From: the human T2T-CHM13v2.0 reference genome, Homo sapiens
Length of the DNA: 64,000 bases
Reading direction: 5' to 3' (one strand)
Assembly (NCBI RefSeq): GCF_009914755.1
Contig: NC_060925.1
Part shown: in pieces, positions 55,750 through 64,000 of the stretch
Layout: each line of letters opens with the position of its first letter
How positions within the stretch are numbered: the first letter of the stretch is position 1
Notes under the pieces: model-generated
What the model saw: only the letters and a program-made list of their open reading frames with translations
What the model was told of the DNA's origin: nothing
Databases searched by the model: none
Made by a program: the position numbers and the translations under genes

Positions 55750-56221
55750 TGTGTTAGTTTTCTATTACTGTGCTAACAAATTGCCACAAACTTGGTGGCT
55801 TAAAGAATACGAATGTTTTGTATTACAGTTCTGTAGGTCAGAAATCTGACTTGGGTCACACTGAGCTAAAATCAAGGTGCTGGCAAGGCCACATTCTTTC
55901 TAGAGGCTCTGAGGGAGAATCAATTTCTTTGACTTTTCTAGGTTTTAAAGACTGCTTGCATTCCTTGGCTTGTGGCCCCCTTCCTACTTCTTCAAAACCA
56001 GCAACAGTGAATTGAATGCTTTTCCTGTTGCTATCTCTGGTTCTCTGTTTCTAAGGACTTGTGTGATTAGATTGAGTCCTGCACAATCCAGTGTAATTGT
56101 CCCATCTCAAATCCTTAACCTTAATGACAGCTGCGAAATTGCCTTTACAATTGTAAGATAACATATTCACAAGGTGGATTAGACATGGACATCTTTGGGG
56201 GCCACTATTCTATCTACCACA
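55750..56221 (-). mobile_element. MLT1C/D-type solo LTR
   Basis: tgtgttagtttt...ccacaaacttggtggcttaaa...ggacatctttggggg..attct..ctaccaca. Confidence 0.85.
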
Positions 56222-56492
56222 AGAAGGAGAGCAGCTGGCTCAAGAACTGGCCCAGCAGAGGGATTAAAGAGTGTGGAAGGAGATGGAGGTAAAATTTCTA
56301 CATATGTGATACTTCTGGGTCTAGAGTTTTTGATAATGGAATTTTCTACACTTTCAATTCATATTCCCTTCATCCCGTAGATCTTATTGTTTAGCCTAGA
56401 GCTTCCTCAGAAACCATATGTGACTTGTGTGCTTCCCCTTTCCAGCTCAGTAATACAAAGAAGAAGCGTTCCCTCCACCAGCACTACCCCTC

Positions 56493-56895
56493 TGTCAATT
56501 AGAATAGGTTAAATTTTTCTGTGATAATAAATAGTCTCCAATTCTCAGTTGCTTAAGATAGCAAAAGTTTATTTCTTACTGATGCAACATGTCCACCACA
56601 GGTTGACCAACAAGCTCTGCTCCAAATCTCCTCACTCCAGATCCCAGACTGATAGAGCAGCCACTATTTCAAACATCACCAGGTGCCACAGCAGAGGGAA
56701 TGAAAGTTCTGGAGGGTCTCACACCAGCTATTATATGCCCCAGCCTGGAAGTGACACACATCAATTCTACCCACATCTTATTACCTTGAACTCTTCACAT
56801 GACTCTACCCACATGAAAGGTCCAAGAAGTATAAGCTTATCATGTACACACAGGCAAAGAGCTAGAAATGTGTGAGCAGCATTAATGATGCTACA
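56493..56895 (-). mobile_element. MLT1I/J-type solo LTR
   Basis: aaagtttatttctt...agagcagccactat...cctggaagtgacacac. Confidence 0.7.
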
Positions 56896-57009
56896 ACCCC
56901 CTACTTTAATTTTTATATGAATGGTACCCATATTCTTCCAATGTCTGGGGTTCCAAGCCTTGGTGACCTTTTTAACTGACTCTTATAGCCAATCAAATGT
57001 TAAGTCCTG

Positions 57010-57122
57010 TCCAGGCATGATGGCACACACCTGTAGTCCTGGCTACTCAGGAGGCTGAGACAAGAGGATCCTGTGAGGCCAAGAACTGCACTTCAACCTG
57101 GGCAACATAGCAAGACTCCAAG
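57010..57122 (+). mobile_element. FLAM-type Alu monomer
   Basis: Single degenerate arm. Confidence 0.8.
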
Positions 57123-57270
57123 AAAGGAAGGAAAGAAAGAGGGAGGGAGGGAGGGAAAGAAGGAAGGAAGGATGGAAGGAAGGGAGGGAGGGAGGGAGGG
57201 AGGGAGCGAGGGAAAGAAAATGAAAGAAAGGGAGAAAAAGAGAAAAAAGAAAGAAAGAAAAAGACAAAAA
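57121..57270. repeat. Polypurine GGAA/GGGA/GAAA low-complexity tract
   Basis: Directly visible. Confidence 0.95.
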
Positions 57271-57535
57271 TGTCATGTCATGTCCGCTCTTGCTTCAAAG
57301 CGTCTCTCCCGTCAATCCTTTATTTTCTACTAGCACTATCACTACTTAGTTCAGGCATAAAAGTATACAGTACTTCATTTTCCAAACTTTTTCACTATGA
57401 TCCATAGTAAGAAATGCATTTTACATTGAGACCAAGTACAAACACACACATACATGCCCACACACATAACTGAAAAGTTAGTAAAGTTACTCTTACTCTG
57501 TTCTATTCTCTTTTTATAATGCTGGTTATGATTCA

Positions 57536-58153
<618 letters not shown>

Positions 58154-58429
58154 ATAAGCCACTAACGAGTTGTGACCTACAGTCTCATAGACAACAAAGT
58201 AAAATTTCTATATACTTTAGAACTAAACTCGCTTCAGAAATGACTTCACAACTCACCACTTATACAAATTTAGGCATCATCTCCTCAGCTTTCAGACTAC
58301 AACAGTGTTTCCTATCCCACAGGTGAGAATTAGCTTGATGACTAAAAGTCCTTGGTACCTAAAACTACTTAGCAGTATTAGTCCTTTTTTCCTAGTTTGT
58401 CCCTCTTCACCTTTCTTTTGGATTTCTTT

Positions 58430-58660
58430 TGTTCATTTTTTCATTCATTAATAAAAAGTTTATTAAGATCCCATTGCTTGAGGGGAAATGTGCTAGGCCC
58501 TGGGGCTACAAAGACAAATAAGACATAATCCATGTTCTGGAAACGTTTACAGACTAACAGAGGAGATCAACATGTAAACAAATGATTGCCATGACATGGC
58601 AATCCTATAGCAAAAGAATGGAAATGACTTTATGGAGATTCGGAGGAAGAACAACACACC
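58430..58660 (-). mobile_element. L2 3' end
   Basis: tgtgctaggccctggggctacaaagacaaataagaca. Confidence 0.7.
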
Positions 58661-59469
58661 CTGAGAGAAGATGAGAGAGATTAACATTGATTAAACTCTG
58701 CTTTGTTCGTGTGGCTTAAAATCTAGATTTCTTTATGGGGCTTTTAAAGCTTTTTCTAACTTGCCTTATTGCCCATTCACCTATTCAATCTGCCCTCTTT
58801 CTACTCCCCAGCAAGTGAGATATTAAATCTTTTCAGGCTAAGACAGGTGACCAGCGTTATTGTTCCTACCATTCCAATGGTTGTTGTCCTGAGACTAAGC
58901 TGGTCACATTACCATCTCTCCACTCATGTTTGGTACAACCTCAAGTTGTACGAAACACATTATCCTGTTGACACTAAATAAATAACCAGAGAGCCTTTCT
59001 CTGCCTTTTCACTTTGAACTATCTTACCATCCTCTAAAACCCAGCTCAGTTCTAGCACTTCAAGAAACCTCCTCAAATTGCTCCAGCCTAGACTAGCCCT
59101 CTAAGAATCCCTAATGCAGTTGTCAAATTTTCTTGTATATTTCCTTAAATGTTTTTGAAAAATAATCTATGTGCACTCTACACAATTTTAAACTAAAAAA
59201 ATGTTAATTATAAGCTTAATTCCCAACATGTTCTATGATGCATACAGGCTCTGAATATATTTTTTTGTCAAAATCTTGGAACTGTATACTAAGATCAATT
59301 TATAGGCAACATCCACCATAGAACTTGGCAAACCTAGTCATTGTCAAATCAGTCATCTAAATCAGACTGACTTTCTGTCAGAAAAAGTCTTACTTCATTT
59401 TTCAATTCAAATAAGCATATTTATGCTCATCCCTGGGACAAACATCTCACTTTCAAATTCTAATTGAAA

Positions 59470-59535
59470 GATGGATGAGTGGATAGATGGATGGATGGAT
59501 GGATGGATGGATGGATGGATGGATGGAAGAATGGA
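59470..59535. repeat. (GGAT)n STR
   Basis: Directly visible. Confidence 0.95.
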
Positions 59536-60204
59536 TAAATGAGCCCTCAGAGCCTTGCCAAGAGTTTCCCTCTTGGATAAGAATAAAAAGTTCCCTTCAA
59601 CATTTCCTTCTGGCACCCATGGGACTCCCCTCAGGAGCAAGGCATCCTGGAATTGTCCCTTCGCTTTGTGCCCTGGGAAATCCACATTAATAGGATTTAG
59701 AATGGATGAGAGGTTTGTTTGTCATTAATAAAAAAGGGAATTTTAAAAGGAGGTGGGAAGAGCCAACCAATCACAGACTTGGCAGATCAATCTTAGGAAA
59801 AAGTACAGTTGGAAATTGAGAATATAAAAATTAATTTCCTTACAAGAAATGTAAGGGCCTCATGGAAAGTCATTTGCTCTCCTCCCAAGGGTGGGCATTC
59901 CCGTTGGGTTGAAGACCACTGCCTGGAGGTCAAAAGTCTAATTTCACACATGGACTTGTGTGAGTCTAAGCATTAGAGCTTGCCAGCTTTCTGACCCACC
60001 TCTTAGTTTTAGGAGACTCCTTCGAGGTCATGTACTCAATTCCTCTCAGCTTTGTGTCAACTGTTCATTGTGGCCTATTTTCATTTTATTTCCTTTATAA
60101 AGTTCTAAATTTCTCTCTTTTTTTTTCAAAGTAAATAACCACTTTCATGCTAGTTTTCTGTGGTTATGTAATTGTAGTTTAGTTTATGTAATCATTTTTA
60201 GTTA

Positions 60205-60466
60205 AAATTTCTTATTGATACATGATTGTATATATTTATGAGGTGCATGTGATATTTTGATACATGCATACAATGTATAATGATTAAATTAGGGTATTTA
60301 GGATATCCACCACCTCAAACATTTATCCTTTCTTTGTGTTGGGAACATTTAAGTCTCTTCTAGCTATTTTGAAATATACAATAAATTATCATTAACTATA
60401 ATCACCCTACTGTGAACACTACTGTGAATGGCTATCAAATACTAGAACTTATGCCTTCTATTTAAC
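60205..60466 (-). mobile_element. L1MA-like 3' end
   Basis: tgtgatattttgatacatgcatacaatgtataatgat...tctagctattttgaaatatacaataaatt. Confidence 0.85.
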
Positions 60467-63400
60467 CTCAATTTCTTGAATGAAGAGGCTGTGAAAACTT
60501 ATTTTAGCTTCTCTCCTCTTTCTCTCTCAAAAAAATTCCTGGCCTGGGCATCTTTTTCCTGGTTGAAAGGTGTCTAGATAACCACCTTGGTAGTTTCAGG
60601 TGGGTTGGTGAACACAGAAACTGGATTTGGAGTTGGATAGTCTTACATAAACCTGTGGAAACATCTTAGTAACTTTTCCTGCCCCCACAAAGACCACACA
60701 CCCCTCTATAGAGACAGGAGTATTTTTAGTAAAATATGCTACTAGTTGCAGGTTGATTTTCAGCCTGCCATTTTATGAAGTCCTACTAGACTTGCTGGAA
60801 ACTTGGAAAATGCTGTATCTGCTCTAGTCTACAGCAGTAGGACACCAAGCAGTCCATTGAGTTCAGTTCAGCCACAGTTATTACACTTTGTGCACCTACT
60901 AAACAAAAGAAAAACACAGTATTTCTGCCTTCGAAGAGCTCACAGATTACAGGTAAATCCAGGGTATATACACATACAATCTCAGTTATGATGGCTGCCA
61001 GGCTAACCACCTTCCTAGTGATTTAGGCTGCTGAAAGTCTTAGAAAAGGACTGTAAAATCTCCTAACATAAAAAGTGGCTAAAAGAGGTATTAGGAGTTG
61101 ATCACTTGGCTCCCCTCTCTGGGTCTTGCCCAACTCTAGCCACAACGACAAGCATCCAAGTTAAATTCTCACTTCCAAATCTAATACCTGCTTGAAGAAC
61201 TTCCCAGTTGCCTCTTAGCTTTGCTTCATGGCACATTCCTGGTAAATCAAAATTCTAAACAAATTTATCCTGTCAACAAGGGACTATTTACCACTCCATA
61301 AATCAACCCAGATTTTTCATCCTGCTCTACTATATACGATGGGTAAAGTATTCTAGGTGATCTTTGAGCATTTTATCTTTTTCTTGAGAGAGGCAGATTT
61401 GGGGCACGATTCTGAATCTTCTGGGGCAGGCAGGTGCTCTCAGACTTTGGTTTTGATGTAGTGGTGATAGCTGTGGTCTTCACTGCGCTACAGGCCAGCT
61501 GACAAGGATGTTGCTCTCCTTCCAACCTGGGGCTCTTGGTTATCCTTGAAGGAGAGGAAGTGAAATCTTCTTATTTTAATGACCTAATCAGAGGAGCTGA
61601 ATCAAAACACCATTTGGCAATACCTCAGTACATGATTCTCTAAGGCTCACAAAAAAGTTTTGAAGGAAAGGGTAGTTTGTACTTTCTATCTAAATAAACA
61701 TTTTCTGAAGTCACAGTACAAAGAGTAGACTACAAGTCCTAATGACCATGGATATCATATACAAAACAAGATTAGTACCTGAGCTTAGGAGGGAGTATTT
61801 GTACTTACAACATCTAAAATATCAAATTAATGAGTCAGAACTTTGGCCTTCATTCTATCTGCCTTTGTAAAACATATCTCAGACTTCTCAGGGTAAACTT
61901 GATCTGATTCAAACTGGAAACAAGGTATCTCCTGGCCGAGATCTTCTCCTTTCAGATTAAACAGTCTGAAAGGAAAAACGGGATCTTCCCCATTTTAAGA
62001 GAATAAACATGTGTCTCTGAGGGGAAAAGAAAATGAAAACATTCTATCAACCAGCACAGCACACTGAGGAAGAGCCAGGTGCAAGCTCAGGGCAACAAGA
62101 CACGTTTTCTCATTCTCCTTCACTGCCACCATCCTTTCCCAACCCCTGCACTCCCTCTGTCCCCCTCCATCCCCATTAAAAAACAGCAACAAACCGCTAT
62201 GATTAATGACTAAAGAATAAGAGCAGGTGTACAATCTTTATACATTTTAGATTTGGATCAAATTCACTCTTCTCAATTCCTCTTCCTAAAGCCCCACCAA
62301 TAATCCTTTGCCATCTGCCCCTCCTCCCCTTTCCTTTCTGAGGCTGCTAATGAAAGTGGGGTGGCCAGGACTGAAGAAGGACTTGAGCTGGCTGTCTCTG
62401 ATTGACTCCTAGCTATCTCGTGCCCCCACTTCCTGCTGGCAGAAAGCAATGCAAAGTGACTGCTGTAGGAGCAGCTGCTGAAGCTCATTTCCCTCCCCCG
62501 ATGCCTGTCACATTCTTGGGCAATATTTCAGAAGCTTACTCATCCTGCCACTCACTTCCCCCGCCCCCATACCCCTGCCCCCAAACAAGACATTAGGAAG
62601 GAAACATGAGAGATTTTATTTTAGCCTAATTGAGCAACAGCCCTTACTTCATCTTGAGTAAGATAAATGGGCTGTCCAACTTCACTTCTCACTTTATCTG
62701 TAATGAGGTTTCTCTCTCAACTGTTTACCAAAGTATTAAAAAGCACTTTGTAGCGCCGGCTGGTATATTCCATCAAAGAGAGTCAATAGAACAGATGAAG
62801 ACATATGAGAAAGTCAGGAGATAAGGTGCCTTTTATGAAAGTTCAGATTCCAGACCTATTAAAAAGAACCGCTTCCCCCTCTGTGAATTCAGGGACAAAA
62901 AAAACAACCTTTTCCTCTTTGGCAGTAAGGTGGTTTCTCATAGGGTAGGACAGCACCTGGCAGGTTTTCCCAGAGTCTGATCGAGGTGAATAATTAATTG
63001 TAGTCATTAATGTCCGGGTGGTAAGAAATTGCCAGAATTGTAAGATCCTAATAGGCCATTAGCATCTCTATACTGGATGCACTTTAGTGGACTCTTCCTC
63101 TGACCAGCAGCGATGAAACACTGTTCTGTTCTTGCTCAGGCTCTGTCTCCAGCTATTCTGGAAGAGTCGGTCACATTCAGATGTTGAAAGGTACAAGATA
63201 GGGAGTCCGAGGAGCAGACCCTGCTCAAGATTTTGACACTAAATGCTGTGTGACCTTAAATGAGCCATTAAATCTCACCACTATATAATTTCTTCCCTTA
63301 CAAAGTAGGGAGGAACTATCTCATGCTGATAAGTGTTCTGATAGGAAATCTGTTTTGATATATTGTGATTTTTACCTAAGAATTAAGTATGGATATTTTG

Positions 63401-63849
63401 TTGCATTATAGCCTCAGTCCTGTTTGTAGCTGTCATTCAACAGTATGAGGGCCTACTATGCCTGTACTTGTGGTAGGGAGGAAGACAAGACATATAAACC
63501 TGCAAAGTGAAATAAAAGGCACAGCCCTATTGGAATGGGAAGCCAAATTTCTACTCCTCATTCAAAACCTCATGAAATATCTCTCCCTGACTGCCTCCCC
63601 AGCTATCTTGGCAAACAGTGCATTCCATAGAAGATCAGGGCCTTTATCACCTCGTGCAGTCATCTGTCTTTTCAACCTCCTCTGACAGCCTGTTATCTTC
63701 TAAAAGAAAGGACAGTGTCCTGCTCATTTCCTTATTCCCCCATCCCTAGCATAGTTCCTGAAATATGGTAGGCATGCAATATTTCTACATAAGTAAATGG
63801 ATGGAGTGAATAATAAATGCCAAATACAGACCATAAGATACAAAAGAGA

Positions 63850-63985
63850 GGCAGCCATGGTGGACAGAGCCCTGAAATAGGAGCCAGAAGATCAGGGTGC
63901 AAATCATCAACTCATTATTCCATGAAACTCTGACTTTGGGCTCTCTGTGACCCAGTGTCCACATCTGAAAAGTGCTAATGCCCAA
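63850..63985 (+). mobile_element. MIR fragment
   Basis: Degenerate MIR head and core. Confidence 0.5.
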
Positions 63986-64000
63986 ACCAAACAGGGTTAT

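Overview
Primate (most likely human) genomic DNA, AT-rich and dense in Alu, L1, L2, MIR, MLT/LTR16 and DNA-transposon relics. The first ~36 kb holds the + strand gene SH3GLB1 (endophilin-B1/Bif-1; N-BAR plus SH3) from exon 2 to the end of its 3'UTR; exon 1 lies upstream of the window. Eight constitutive coding exons (142, 129, 134, 93, 90, 101, 229, 108 nt) splice with GT-AG boundaries into one frame ending at TAA 31261-31263. Between constitutive exons 5 and 8 lie the neural alternative exon 6 (two donors, 39 or 87 nt) and a 24-nt microexon 7. The rest (36.3-64 kb) is repeat-rich intergenic sequence with no supportable gene. I found no prokaryote-type system. The best leads are RNA-processing hypotheses: a possible stop+polyA exit from exon 6, an RBFOX site between its two donors, stop-free circRNA frames flanked by inverted Alus, and a MIR-derived candidate microexon. 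There are also a near-consensus intronic CTCF site and templated-insertion repair scars. Repeat family names and boundaries come from remembered consensus sequences, not a search, so they are approximate.
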